From: an uncultured virus (IMG/VR IMGVR_UViG_3300020577_013366)
Taxonomy: Duplodnaviria > Heunggongvirae > Uroviricota > Caudoviricetes
DNA length: 64,000 nucleotides
Direction: 5' to 3' (one strand)
Virus record (IMG/VR): IMGVR_UViG_3300020577_013366
The position numbers and the translations under genes were made by a program. The notes under the pieces are model-generated. The model saw only the letters and a program-made list of their open reading frames with translations, searched no databases and was not told the origin of the DNA. How positions within the stretch are numbered: position 1 is the stretch's first letter; each line of letters begins with the position of its first letter. Positions 46,953-56,104 of the stretch are shown here, piece by piece.

Positions 46953-47233
46953 GTTGCGACCGCCTCGTCCACCGTCCAGCCGACGTGCGTGGCGGTCTCG
47001 GCTTTCATGGGCTGCATGATGCCGTCCGAGTTGCAGAAGCCGAAGAACACGCCCGTGGTGTGCTTCAATCTGTCGCTGATTTCGCGGCCGGTGGTCAGGT
47101 GCAGCGCGTACAGCGAGAGGCGCCACATGGTCTTGTTTCCAAGGCCCACGAGGTGCGTGTCGCGGGCTACTGACCTCGGCCACCGCTCGACAAATGGGAG
47201 CTCCGCCGACCCCGGCCTTGCTGGTGTGCTCAT
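46949..47233 (-). CDS. Small hypothetical protein
   Basis: ATGA overlap. Confidence 0.5.
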   Translation of the reverse strand: MSTPARPGSAELPFVERWPRSVARDTHLVGLGNKTMWRLSLYALHLTTGREISDRLKHTTGVFFGFCNSDGIMQPMKAETATHVGWTVDEAVAT

Positions 47234-47271
47234 GGTCGGCAACGTGGGTCGGCGGCTGGTCGCTCGCAAGG

Positions 47272-47907
47272 TCAGTGCACCGGCGGCGCTGCATTCGCGG
47301 CCGGCTTGCGGCCAGGCTTCGCGTCGTCGGGGTGCACCGCCTGCGCGTCGGTCGGCAACGCGGCGGGGGCGATCTTCGCCTCCGCGATGAACCCGTCGAG
47401 CGCGGCATCCAGGTCGGCCAGCACCTTCGCGTCCGCCGGGGGCGGGAGCTTCGGCGCGTCCTCCCCCTCGGCCGGCTCAGCGTCGTCGCGCTCGGCGTCG
47501 GCGGTCTTGACGGCCGTGGTCGCGCGCTTCAGGTGCTGGAGCGAGTCCAGCGTGATCACCACCTCGGTGCCCGGCAACTCGACCTGCGTGCCCTCGCGGA
47601 TGTCCTCGAACAAGATCTGGTACTCGGCCTCCTCCTGCACGCGGTTGAAATTGGTCCGGTCCTTCTTCTTGTCATCGACCTCTTTCCAGCGGGCCTGGAT
47701 GTCCTTCAGGCGCTGGACGCAGGCCGCGTGCGTCTCGGGGATTTCCCCGAGGGCCAGCTTTTTGAGGCCGGTCTGGGCCTCGCTCACGCGGCCGTTGTGG
47801 CGCTTCTTCTCGTCGCCCTTGAAGCGCACGAGGGCCTTCAGCGCCTCGAGGCGCTGCTTGGGTGACAGGTTCTTGGACAGGGCTTTCGGTGATGCTGCTG
47901 CGGCCAT
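47272..47907 (-). CDS. Basic coiled-coil hypothetical protein
   Basis: GGAG RBS before MAAAASP. Confidence 0.65.
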   Translation of the reverse strand: MAAAASPKALSKNLSPKQRLEALKALVRFKGDEKKRHNGRVSEAQTGLKKLALGEIPETHAACVQRLKDIQARWKEVDDKKKDRTNFNRVQEEAEYQILFEDIREGTQVELPGTEVVITLDSLQHLKRATTAVKTADAERDDAEPAEGEDAPKLPPPADAKVLADLDAALDGFIAEAKIAPAALPTDAQAVHPDDAKPGRKPAANAAPPVH

Positions 47908-47930
47908 GGTTCTCCAGGATGCCCTCGTGG

Positions 47931-48281
47931 TCACGAACCGGGCGGCGGGCAAGGGCCGGGTCCGAGCAGGGCCGAGAGGGCCCGGGTGTAGGGGGTGTCC
48001 TCGCCGCCAGCGTCGAGCGTCGGCCGGAGCTGGCGGGCGGCGCCGACGTGGCGGCGGAGAGCGGCGGCGATCAAGCGCGGCAACGATCGCACGGGCGGCT
48101 GCTTGCCGGCGAGGACTTCGTCCATCGCGGCGGCCCACACGTGGTCCTCGGCCTCCTTGGACCGGTCCAGGATCTCCGAGGCGATCGCCGTCACCGTCTC
48201 CAGCTCCCACTGCGCCTGCGCGCCCCAGGTCGCCAGGACCCTGGCGGAGAGCTCCCGGAAGCGGGCGCCGTGGTCGGTCAT
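47931..48281 (-). CDS. Hypothetical protein
   Basis: Coupled ORF. Confidence 0.5.
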   Translation of the reverse strand: MTDHGARFRELSARVLATWGAQAQWELETVTAIASEILDRSKEAEDHVWAAAMDEVLAGKQPPVRSLPRLIAAALRRHVGAARQLRPTLDAGGEDTPYTRALSALLGPGPCPPPGS

Positions 48282-48577
48282 CGCCGGACCCTCCCGTTGA
48301 TCGTCAGCTCGACGTGCATGAGCAGGCTCGTCACCCGAGCTCGGTCCTGCGTCAGGTCGCGAGCAGCCGCGCGCAGCCTGGCGAGGGTCGGGCGCCCGAG
48401 CTTGTGCGTCTCGCACCAGAACGACACGCCGGTGGCGACGACCTCCACCTGTGCGGCGCCGTTGCGCCGCCGCACCGCTCGAATGAACACGAGCTCGATC
48501 TGGGCCGCCTCCATCCCGCGGTAGGCCGGCACCGGGGCCATGGCCAGATCACCAGCGGACCACTCGCGCGCCTTCAC
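48278..48577 (-). CDS. Hypothetical protein
   Basis: Coupled ORF. Confidence 0.5.
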   Translation of the reverse strand: MKAREWSAGDLAMAPVPAYRGMEAAQIELVFIRAVRRRNGAAQVEVVATGVSFWCETHKLGRPTLARLRAAARDLTQDRARVTSLLMHVELTINGRVRR

Positions 48578-49224
48578 AGCCGCACCTCGACCGTCGTGAC
48601 GGGCCGCCAACCGGTCGTGCGCTTCGGCCAGAGCACGGGGTTCCACCGCTCCCACTCGGCCAGCGGGATCCACCGGTTCGGCGTGGCGTCGTAGATCAGG
48701 ACATCAGGCGAGGCCCACGGCCGGCCGAGCCGATCGGCTTCGACCGCGGCGGCGGCGAGGTCGAGCGCCTCACGGGTGCGCTTGTTCGCCCTGCGCACGC
48801 CCACGAAATGCGTGTACCTGTAGGCGATACGCGGGTCGGAGAGCTCGCACCACGGACCGACCCACTGGATGCGCACCAGCCCGAGCACAGGCCACGGATT
48901 GTCCGCGGGGCGGCGGAGCTTGAAGTTCGCGAGCAGATCCGCCTGGGAGGCCCGGTTCAGCGCGTCGAGCATGTCGATCGGCGCCATGAACCCGCGGAAC
49001 GGCTGCACCAGCGGGCGCGCGGCCTCCACGGTCGGCAGCCCCAGCACCGCGGCGAGCGACATCGGGCCGCAGTTCGCTCCCCACCCGTCGCCGGCCTCGA
49101 TGGTGTCCGGCAGCACCTCGGGGATCCGGTGCGCCCGGCAGTACTCGATCAGCGCGGCCGCGCGGGGGCACGGCTGCTCGGGGATGAGGGCGACCTGCTC
49201 AGGCATGGCCGACCTCGTAGTCAT
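48574..49224 (-). CDS. Papain-fold (C39-like) cysteine peptidase
   Basis: NCGP.SLA, YTHFV, LIYD (Cys-His-Asp triad). Confidence 0.65.
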   Translation of the reverse strand: MTTRSAMPEQVALIPEQPCPRAAALIEYCRAHRIPEVLPDTIEAGDGWGANCGPMSLAAVLGLPTVEAARPLVQPFRGFMAPIDMLDALNRASQADLLANFKLRRPADNPWPVLGLVRIQWVGPWCELSDPRIAYRYTHFVGVRRANKRTREALDLAAAAVEADRLGRPWASPDVLIYDATPNRWIPLAEWERWNPVLWPKRTTGWRPVTTVEVRL

Positions 49225-50599
49225 CCGCGCCCCAGAGGCCAACCCCTCGCCCGCGCATCGCCGCCGCCAGCCGCTCGCGGGCCTCGGCCTGGTCGAGCCG
49301 GCGGGCCGCCCGGAGGTCGGTCGGCAGTTCGGCCAGCGCCTGCTCGCGGACGGACGCCAGCACCGACCGCGGCGCCGGCAGGCCCTGTTCCCGCCGGCGG
49401 AAGAACCGGCGGGAGAGCGCGACCGCCTCCTCGTGGCTCACCGACGCCGGGTCCACCCCGTTGCGCTCCAGCTGAGCGGCCACCCCCGGCGAGGGCGCCC
49501 GGCCGCTCGGGGCCTCCGGGACGTCGAACAGCTCGAGCACGGGGTTGGGGACGAACCGGGGCAGGCGCCAGACCCCGGCGTCCACCACAAGCAGGCCCCG
49601 GGCGGCGAGGGACACCAGCGCCCGCGCCAAGCTGGCCCGCGTGCGCGACGAGGCCTGGTCCTCGAACCCTGCCAGCCAAGCCGCGACGGCCGCTGCGGTC
49701 CCGGAGATCCCGGACTCGGGGAGGTGGCGGCAGGCGAGGGCGGCGGCGCGCTGCTGGTGCTTGTGCATCGGCACCGCCCGCGCCCAGCCCGAGCGGGTGA
49801 ACGGGCCCAAGGGCTTGACCGGAGCGCTGGCGGGCGGGCGACGCGGACGTGCCCCAGCCCGCCCCGCCGGCGCGGAGGTCGAGCCAGCGACGGCGCCAGG
49901 GTGCACGGACGGGAGCCAGAGCTGTTCGCCGTCGCTCGCACTCGAGGGGCCCGAGGGAGAATGACCCCACGCGCGCTCTCTATTACCTGCGATCCGTGCT
50001 GTTAGCGGATCGGTGGGTGCGGGATCAGCGGATGCGTCAGATCCGGCCACGCACAGCAGGGATCCGCCAGCAACAGCACCATCGGATGCGTCACCGCTGC
50101 GCGGCTGGATCAGCGTTTTCAGGATCCGATCCGGCAGGCAGTCAGGCCGACAGGCGTGGATCCGATACCGGCCGTGCGCGATCTGCTCCACCAGCGGCGA
50201 GAGGCGGGAGAGCATCGCCATGGTGGCGCCGGCGGTGAGCTGGCAGGGCGGGCGGACGAGGCGGGCGAGATAGCCGGCGGCGGCGAGCTCGGCGATCAAG
50301 GCGGCGGCGGTGCCCTCGTGGGTGCCCCAGCGGCCGGCGACGGCGTGCCCGATCCCGCGAGCGGTCTCGATGGTGGTCAGCCCGCCGCGGATCGGCGCCG
50401 CCCGGGTGCCCCGCGGGATCCGGTCCGGGAGCTCTTCCAGGTGCCGGTGGACGGCCTTGGAGGCAATCACCCCCAGCCGCTGCCGCTCAGCCCGGACGCG
50501 CTCGGCCTCGAAGGCGCGCGGGCGCGGGGTCGGCGGGGTGGCGCCGGAGTGTTGGGGGTTGCGCGGTGCGCTGGGCGTGTATACGCTGCCGGTCAGCAA
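49199..50599 (-). CDS. Putative replication initiator / HTH protein
   Basis: AAAGGA RBS before TTG at 50599; internal iteron-like cluster; near helicases. Confidence 0.5.
   Translation of the reverse strand: MLTGSVYTPSAPRNPQHSGATPPTPRPRAFEAERVRAERQRLGVIASKAVHRHLEELPDRIPRGTRAAPIRGGLTTIETARGIGHAVAGRWGTHEGTAAALIAELAAAGYLARLVRPPCQLTAGATMAMLSRLSPLVEQIAHGRYRIHACRPDCLPDRILKTLIQPRSGDASDGAVAGGSLLCVAGSDASADPAPTDPLTARIAGNRERAWGHSPSGPSSASDGEQLWLPSVHPGAVAGSTSAPAGRAGARPRRPPASAPVKPLGPFTRSGWARAVPMHKHQQRAAALACRHLPESGISGTAAAVAAWLAGFEDQASSRTRASLARALVSLAARGLLVVDAGVWRLPRFVPNPVLELFDVPEAPSGRAPSPGVAAQLERNGVDPASVSHEEAVALSRRFFRRREQGLPAPRSVLASVREQALAELPTDLRAARRLDQAEARERLAAAMRGRGVGLWGADDYEVGHA
49976..50183. repeat. GATC/GGATC iteron-like cluster, candidate replication origin
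   Basis: Ten GATC in ~190 bp, CGGATGCGTCA twice, short AT-rich flank. Confidence 0.55.
50559..50587 (+). promoter_or_regulatory. Antisense sigma70-like promoter
   Basis: TTGCGC-N17-TACGCT. Confidence 0.6.
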
Positions 50600-50670
50600 T
50601 TGGTCCTTTCGGCCGCGTGCGGGAAACACGTTGGTCGGCCTAAAGCCCCGGGGTGACCCGGGCTTTTTGT
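50594..50670 (+). ncRNA. Predicted ~77-nt cis-antisense RNA over start codon and RBS of the putative initiator
   Basis: Promoter upstream, GGCCG/CGGCC + CGTG/CACG hairpin, terminal intrinsic terminator. Confidence 0.55.
50642..50670 (+). terminator. Intrinsic terminator
   Basis: AAAGCCCCGG-ggtgac-CCGGGCTTT followed by T-rich tract. Confidence 0.7.
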
Positions 50671-50868
50671 TGGTTGTGGGAGGTCAGGCTCCCACCGACG
50701 AGGCTCCGAGGTCAAGCACGACGTCAGGCCCGCCAGCACGGCAGGAGGCCGGCAACGCCCCTGACTGCACAAAAAGCGACACCAGGGCGCCATGGAGCTC
50801 GTCCTCGCAGGTCGCGCTCTCGCGCGGGACGGAGATCGCTGCCGGTCTCGCGCCACGTCGCCAGCCCT

Positions 50869-51165
50869 TCATCCCATGCTTGGGGTAGCAGGTCCCGACC
50901 ATCGGCCGACCTCGGCGGGGACCAGACCCCGGCTCCAGAAGTATCGGACGACCCACGCAACCGCTGGATCGATGCCGTGTTTGGGGTACGGCACAGGCCC
51001 GGTGAACATCAGGTAGTCGTCCGTGAGATTGAGGACGAGGACGGTTGGGCAGCGCGAGCGCCACGCGTCAGCCTCAGCAGCACGGTCTGGCGTCATATTT
51101 GCCAGCACCCTCTGCCAGAACTGGTGACGCTCCAGCGGAGAGATCCACCGCGGTCTCACGTTCAC
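50869..51165 (-). CDS. Hypothetical protein
   Basis: GTGA overlap with helicase, GGAGG RBS. Confidence 0.5.
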   Translation of the reverse strand: MNVRPRWISPLERHQFWQRVLANMTPDRAAEADAWRSRCPTVLVLNLTDDYLMFTGPVPYPKHGIDPAVAWVVRYFWSRGLVPAEVGRWSGPATPSMG

Positions 51166-53246
51166 GCCGCGACCTCCCGCTTCGCATCTGACCAGCGCTC
51201 GATCCACTCTGGCGTCGACCTCCAGTTCATCCGCGCGAGCTGGTCGAGCGCCGCGGAGGCCGTCTCGAACAGCATCGACCTCGCGCACGCCGCCGGGATG
51301 CCGGCCTTGATCAGCATGCGGAGCTGCTTCGGCGAGGTCACCCCAGCGTCGATGCGACGCGACCGCTCGGCCAGCACCGCGCTCGCACTCGTCATGTCGA
51401 ACATCTTTTTGAGCTTGGCGATCGCCTCCGCGCGGGCGTCGGACACGGCCTTGTCGTGGGCGGTGGTCGCATCCTGCACTGCCTGGGCAGCGGCACGGAC
51501 CTCGGCCTGGTCGGCGTGCCCCAGCGCGGCGGCCTGCTGCACCAGACGCTGGTGATGCAGCGCCTCGTCGCGCACGCGGGCCAGCTTGGGGAAGGTCTTG
51601 CGGAAGTCGATCACGCCGCTCTCCAGCAGCGAGGCGATCTGCCGGTCGGTCGCCGCCCGGCCCCACTCGTCCTTCTTGTGGGGCACGTCGAGCAGGTCGA
51701 ACGGGCTGACGAGGATGCGCTGGATGTCCTTCCCGCGAGCCTCGGCCAGCATCTTCGCCAGCTCCTCCTGCGCCCTGGCCAGGGCCTCGAGCGGGTCCTT
51801 CTCGCCCTTTTCCATCTCGCGCTCGGCGAGGTTGCGAGCTGGGTCCTCCGGGTCGGAGAGAATATCGATCGCGCGGACGAGCTTGTGCTTCCCCGAGTTG
51901 CCGGCGAAGTCCAGGATGGTGGCGGACGGCTTCGAGCTCGCGGCGATCATCGCCTTGCGCTCGTCCGCGCTCGCGCAGTCGTTCAGCGCATGGGCGATCT
52001 CCGGGGCGGGCCGGAGCACGCGCCCGAGGATCTGCGCGTAGAGGAGGCGCGACATCGTGAGCCGCAGCATGGCGGCCACGGCCGCGCGCGGGAGGTCCAC
52101 GCCCTCGGTCAGGGTGCCGACGCTCGACAGCGCCCAAACCTCGCCGCGGTCGAGCCCGGCGAACAGGCGCTCGCGCTCGTCGTCCTCGGTCTCGCCGGTG
52201 ATCGTGTGGATCTGCCGGTCGGGCGCCGCGATCCGCAGGCGCATCGTCGCGCTGTCGGCGAGGTTGCACAGCGGGCTGTAGCAGAGCGTGGGGCGGGTGC
52301 CGGCGACCTGGAGGATCGAGTCGCAGATCGGCACCATGAGCGGCTCGAGCAGCTCGCAGAGCTGGCGCGCGTCCAGGTCGCCAGCGTTCTTACGGACGGT
52401 CGTGAGGTCGAGCCCCGGCAAGTGGCAGAACTCCTGCCGGATCGGAACGAGCCAGCCATCCTCGATCGCCGAGCGGATGTCGTACTCGAATCCGACCGCC
52501 TCGAACAGCCGCATGAGGTCGCGCTTGTCGCCGCGGTCGGGGGTGGCGGTGAGCCCGAACAGGAGCACGTCGCCGACCCACGGCGACTTGATCAGATCCG
52601 CATCGTCCTTCGGATCGTTCACGGGGACGCTGACCCCGAAGTGCTTGAACACCGTCAGATACGACGGTGCCACGGCATGGTGGCACTCATCTACAATGAG
52701 CATCCTGAAAGTATCGGATTCGTAGCGATCGAGCCGGCCGATCATGGAGTCGACGCTGGCGACCACGATCTGCGGCGGCACGGGCTTGCATCTCAGGTAC
52801 CAGCCACCCGCGCTTCGCTCCGCCTCGCGCACCTTCCGGGCCAGGCCGCGCTCGCAGAGGATCGCCGCGCTGATCACCTTCGCACCCTTCACGAACAGGC
52901 CCTCGCCGTCGTCGGGGAGCAAGTCGTAGAGCTCCCGCTGGGGCTTGGAGAGGTCGCTCTCGGGGACGGCGGTGTGCTCGGCCATCTCGATCCCCACGGT
53001 GAGGCCGGCAGCGCGCAGATGCTCGGCGGCCTGGAGGACGAGCTTGATGCCCTCCACGAGCAACAGGACCCGGCGCCCGCGCTCGGCCACACCCTGCGCG
53101 ATCGCCTTGAAGATGATGCTCTTGCCGCTGCCAGTCGGCATCGTGACGATCACCGCGCGCGCCGGCTCGATGCCCGCCTGCTTATCGCCCATGAAGGCGC
53201 GGCGGGCCCCGGCGATCGCCTGCTCCTGGTAGGGGCGAAGCTTCAT
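51162..53246 (-). CDS. Superfamily 2 DExH helicase (ResIII/YejH-like)
   Basis: LRPYQ, PTGSGKS, DECHH, TATP, LTEGVDLP, Q.LGR.LR. Confidence 0.92.
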   Translation of the reverse strand: MKLRPYQEQAIAGARRAFMGDKQAGIEPARAVIVTMPTGSGKSIIFKAIAQGVAERGRRVLLLVEGIKLVLQAAEHLRAAGLTVGIEMAEHTAVPESDLSKPQRELYDLLPDDGEGLFVKGAKVISAAILCERGLARKVREAERSAGGWYLRCKPVPPQIVVASVDSMIGRLDRYESDTFRMLIVDECHHAVAPSYLTVFKHFGVSVPVNDPKDDADLIKSPWVGDVLLFGLTATPDRGDKRDLMRLFEAVGFEYDIRSAIEDGWLVPIRQEFCHLPGLDLTTVRKNAGDLDARQLCELLEPLMVPICDSILQVAGTRPTLCYSPLCNLADSATMRLRIAAPDRQIHTITGETEDDERERLFAGLDRGEVWALSSVGTLTEGVDLPRAAVAAMLRLTMSRLLYAQILGRVLRPAPEIAHALNDCASADERKAMIAASSKPSATILDFAGNSGKHKLVRAIDILSDPEDPARNLAEREMEKGEKDPLEALARAQEELAKMLAEARGKDIQRILVSPFDLLDVPHKKDEWGRAATDRQIASLLESGVIDFRKTFPKLARVRDEALHHQRLVQQAAALGHADQAEVRAAAQAVQDATTAHDKAVSDARAEAIAKLKKMFDMTSASAVLAERSRRIDAGVTSPKQLRMLIKAGIPAACARSMLFETASAALDQLARMNWRSTPEWIERWSDAKREVAA

Positions 53247-53794
53247 CGCCCGTCCCTCAGTTGCGCGATCGCCTTCAGCATCTCCGCCCGCATGTCGCGG
53301 TCACCGTTGCGCGCGAGCTGGAGCGAGTGCCGCAGCCTCTCGTCGGAGAGGAAGGCGCGCAGGGCCTTGCCGACCATGGACTGCCCGGCGTGGGTCCAGA
53401 CGATCTCGATGACGCGGGCGAAGTCATCCCCCTCCGCCTCGCACCGCTCCAGGATGCCCATGACGGTGATCGCCGGCATCGCGGACGGGAACAGGGCGAG
53501 GTCGAGCAGAGTCGATCGCCCGGGCAAGACACGGCGCGGAATGTCAGCGTGTTCCCACCTGTCGTCCTTGTGGCGGCCGAAGTAGATATCCCAGCGGCCG
53601 ATGTGGGTGTCCTGCTTGTCGGGCGAGACGTTCGGATCCTCGGAGCGAAAGAACGCCTGCCCCTGGAGCTCGGCATCGGTGTGCGGATGGATAGATCCAC
53701 GGAACCAGCTGAGCGAGCGGACCGGCCGCCCCGCCGCCATCTGCTCCGCTGCCCACACCGAATCGCCTTGCGTATGTTGCGCCTCTGCAGTCAT
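53243..53794 (-). CDS. Hypothetical protein (leaderless)
   Basis: TTGCGC-N17-TACCCT-N7-ATG. Confidence 0.6.
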   Translation of the reverse strand: MTAEAQHTQGDSVWAAEQMAAGRPVRSLSWFRGSIHPHTDAELQGQAFFRSEDPNVSPDKQDTHIGRWDIYFGRHKDDRWEHADIPRRVLPGRSTLLDLALFPSAMPAITVMGILERCEAEGDDFARVIEIVWTHAGQSMVGKALRAFLSDERLRHSLQLARNGDRDMRAEMLKAIAQLRDGR

Positions 53795-53877
53795 GGCGGC
53801 GAGGGTAAGGACGCCGATCTGGTGGCGCAACCGGCCCTTGCGTCGACCAGACCACCGCCTTACACCGGCCGCGGTCC
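53795..53877. promoter_or_regulatory. Divergent promoter pair separating the two replication arms
   Basis: Minus TTGCGC-N17-TACCCT; plus TTGCGT-N17-TACACC. Confidence 0.55.
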
Positions 53878-54969
53878 ATGCCCCCCACCCCGCTCGCCCA
53901 CAAGCTGAAGCGCGCCGCGGCCTACCTCCGAACGCTCGGTCCCGCGATCCAAGGCCAGGGCGGCGACGACCACACCTTCCGAGCATGCAAGGTCGGGCGC
54001 CGCTTCGACCTCGATGAGGCCGACTTCCTGCCGCTGCTCGAGGACTGGAACAGCACCTGCTCGCCACCCTGGTCCCCGCACCAGCTCGCGGCAAAGCTCC
54101 GATCCACCTACCGCAACACCACCGTCGCCCGCGGCGCCGCGCTCGATGATGATGCTGGCCGCGAGCGTCTGCCGAGCGCCCCGCCCCCGCCGAGCTACCC
54201 GCCCAAGGCTGAGGTCCAGTGGCTATGGAACGCCGCCCCGACGATCACCCGCGGGACGTCGCCGGCGGCGGCCTGGCTCCGCCAGATGAAGCTCGACCCC
54301 GAACTGCTCGGCCTGCACCCGGAGATCCAGTGCCGGAGCACGCCAGCGCCTGTACAGCGCGGCGTGGTCGTCAGCCCCAGCGGCGAGATCCAGGCCAGCG
54401 AGGAGCGCTCGAAGTGGCCCGCGTGGGCCGTCACCCGGGCCGGCCGCTGGTGCGACACCGGCTACGGCGCGTTGATCCCGCTGTTCGATGAGCGAGGGGA
54501 GCTCCGGAGCGTGAAGGCGCGGTGGACCACGCCGGAGAGGTTGGATGAGGAGACCGGCGAGGTCATCGGCGGCGCCCCGGACGGGATGAAGTCGGTCGGC
54601 CCGTTCGGCTTCGACCTGCGCGGGCTCGTCATGGCGAACGTGCAGGCCCTGTACCTCCTCGCGCGCGGAACCTGGCAGGAGGACACGCCCCGCGAGCAGC
54701 GCGAGATCTGGCTGTGCGAGGGCGAGCCGGATTTCCAGGTCGCCACCTACCGCCTCCACAACAGCCCGCGGCCGCTCCGGGCGTGCTTCGGCCTGCACCC
54801 CGGCGCGTGGACGGCGGCGATCGCCCGCCGCGTCCCGCGAGACAGCATCGTGGTGAACGCCGAGGACCCGGACCGCGGCGGGGACAAGATCGCGGATGTC
54901 GTGCAGCGTACCTTGCAGGGACAGGTCGCCGGTCTCAAGAGGTTCGACGCGAGGAAGCTGAAGGCATGA
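53878..54969 (+). CDS. Primase-like protein (PriCT-like N-terminus + TOPRIM)
   Basis: DWN..C.PPWS...L..K; CEGEPD; DPDRGG. Confidence 0.7.
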   Translation: MPPTPLAHKLKRAAAYLRTLGPAIQGQGGDDHTFRACKVGRRFDLDEADFLPLLEDWNSTCSPPWSPHQLAAKLRSTYRNTTVARGAALDDDAGRERLPSAPPPPSYPPKAEVQWLWNAAPTITRGTSPAAAWLRQMKLDPELLGLHPEIQCRSTPAPVQRGVVVSPSGEIQASEERSKWPAWAVTRAGRWCDTGYGALIPLFDERGELRSVKARWTTPERLDEETGEVIGGAPDGMKSVGPFGFDLRGLVMANVQALYLLARGTWQEDTPREQREIWLCEGEPDFQVATYRLHNSPRPLRACFGLHPGAWTAAIARRVPRDSIVVNAEDPDRGGDKIADVVQRTLQGQVAGLKRFDARKLKA

Positions 54970-55658
54970 TCGATCACGACTTCATCCGGGAGTACATCGC
55001 GGAGCGGGCCGCGGGCGCCTCGCTGGCGGTGCCGTGCCACTGGATTCATGGGGCGAATGATCTCGACGAGCTCGACTGCGACGAGGGCACGAACTTCTGC
55101 TGCGAATGTGCAGAGGCCAAGATCGCCGAGTTTGTCGCCGCACACCCGGACCTCGCCGACGAAATATCCCTGGACGGCGGGTGGGGCACTGACCACGACT
55201 CGGCCCCTTTCTGCGACACCTGTGGCGCCAAGCTGCTCGGGTCGCTCACGGACTACGGAGCCCGCTGCGAGCTGGAGCACTTCGAGGACTACCATCCCCG
55301 CCACTGCGAAGAGTTGGTGCTCGATCTCGACAAGCCGCCCGCCCCGGGAGACCGGATCGCATGGGCGCTCATCGAGCGCTGCCCAGGCTGGACGCTGGTG
55401 AAGGAGCAGACCGGCGCCTACGCCCTGCGCATGGGCCACGACGGTGGGCAGTGGGTGTGCGTCCCCGAGGACCGCCCCGAGCGCGATGGGAGGATCTGGT
55501 GGGTCGAGCCGATCGCGTTGTGGATCTGGAGCGCGCGGCGCGAGAAGTACGACCTCGTCACGGTGATCGCCACCGGCCTCACCCGCGAGGAGTGCACCGC
55601 CGAGCGCCTGCGCGAGCTGGCCAACCTGTTCGAGTTCACGGAGGCGAGCCGGTCATGA
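54966..55658 (+). CDS. Zn-ribbon-like protein (paralog of 19086-20120)
   Basis: PCHWI...FCCECAE...LDGGWGTDHDSAPFCDTCG..L.GSLT.YG...ELEHFED. Confidence 0.7.
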   Translation: MIDHDFIREYIAERAAGASLAVPCHWIHGANDLDELDCDEGTNFCCECAEAKIAEFVAAHPDLADEISLDGGWGTDHDSAPFCDTCGAKLLGSLTDYGARCELEHFEDYHPRHCEELVLDLDKPPAPGDRIAWALIERCPGWTLVKEQTGAYALRMGHDGGQWVCVPEDRPERDGRIWWVEPIALWIWSARREKYDLVTVIATGLTREECTAERLRELANLFEFTEASRS

Positions 55659-56104
55659 GCCGCCACGAGGAACGCATCCGGCAGCGCCGGGCGAAGCGCC
55701 TCGCCGCGGGCGGGCGCCCCGTCGAGCTCGACTGCGAGACGGCCACCGGCACGCCGAAGTGCTGGGGCTGCGCCATCTACGGGCCGCGCAAGTGCACCGA
55801 GCAGACGCTGAGCGACGACGTGCACTTGTCCTGCGAGGCCGAGGGCCATCGCCTCGCCGCGGAGCGCGGCGGCCAGCCCTGTGACGACTGCGCCTTCCGC
55901 CCCCGCTCGCCCGAGGCGAAGCAGGAGGGCCTGCTCGCCCGGGTCGTCCGGCAGGAGACGCCGTTCTACTGCCACAAGGGCATGCCGCTGGACGGCAAGG
56001 GCAAGATGCCAGCTGAGGGCGACTACTTCCCGCGCGACCACAAGCTCTACCCGATCTGCGCCGGCTGGGCTCGCGCGCAGGCTGCTCGAAAGGACAGGCC
56101 ATGA
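55655..56104 (+). CDS. Cys-rich Zn-binding protein
   Basis: PCDDCAFR...FYCH...CAGW. Confidence 0.6.
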   Translation: MSRHEERIRQRRAKRLAAGGRPVELDCETATGTPKCWGCAIYGPRKCTEQTLSDDVHLSCEAEGHRLAAERGGQPCDDCAFRPRSPEAKQEGLLARVVRQETPFYCHKGMPLDGKGKMPAEGDYFPRDHKLYPICAGWARAQAARKDRP

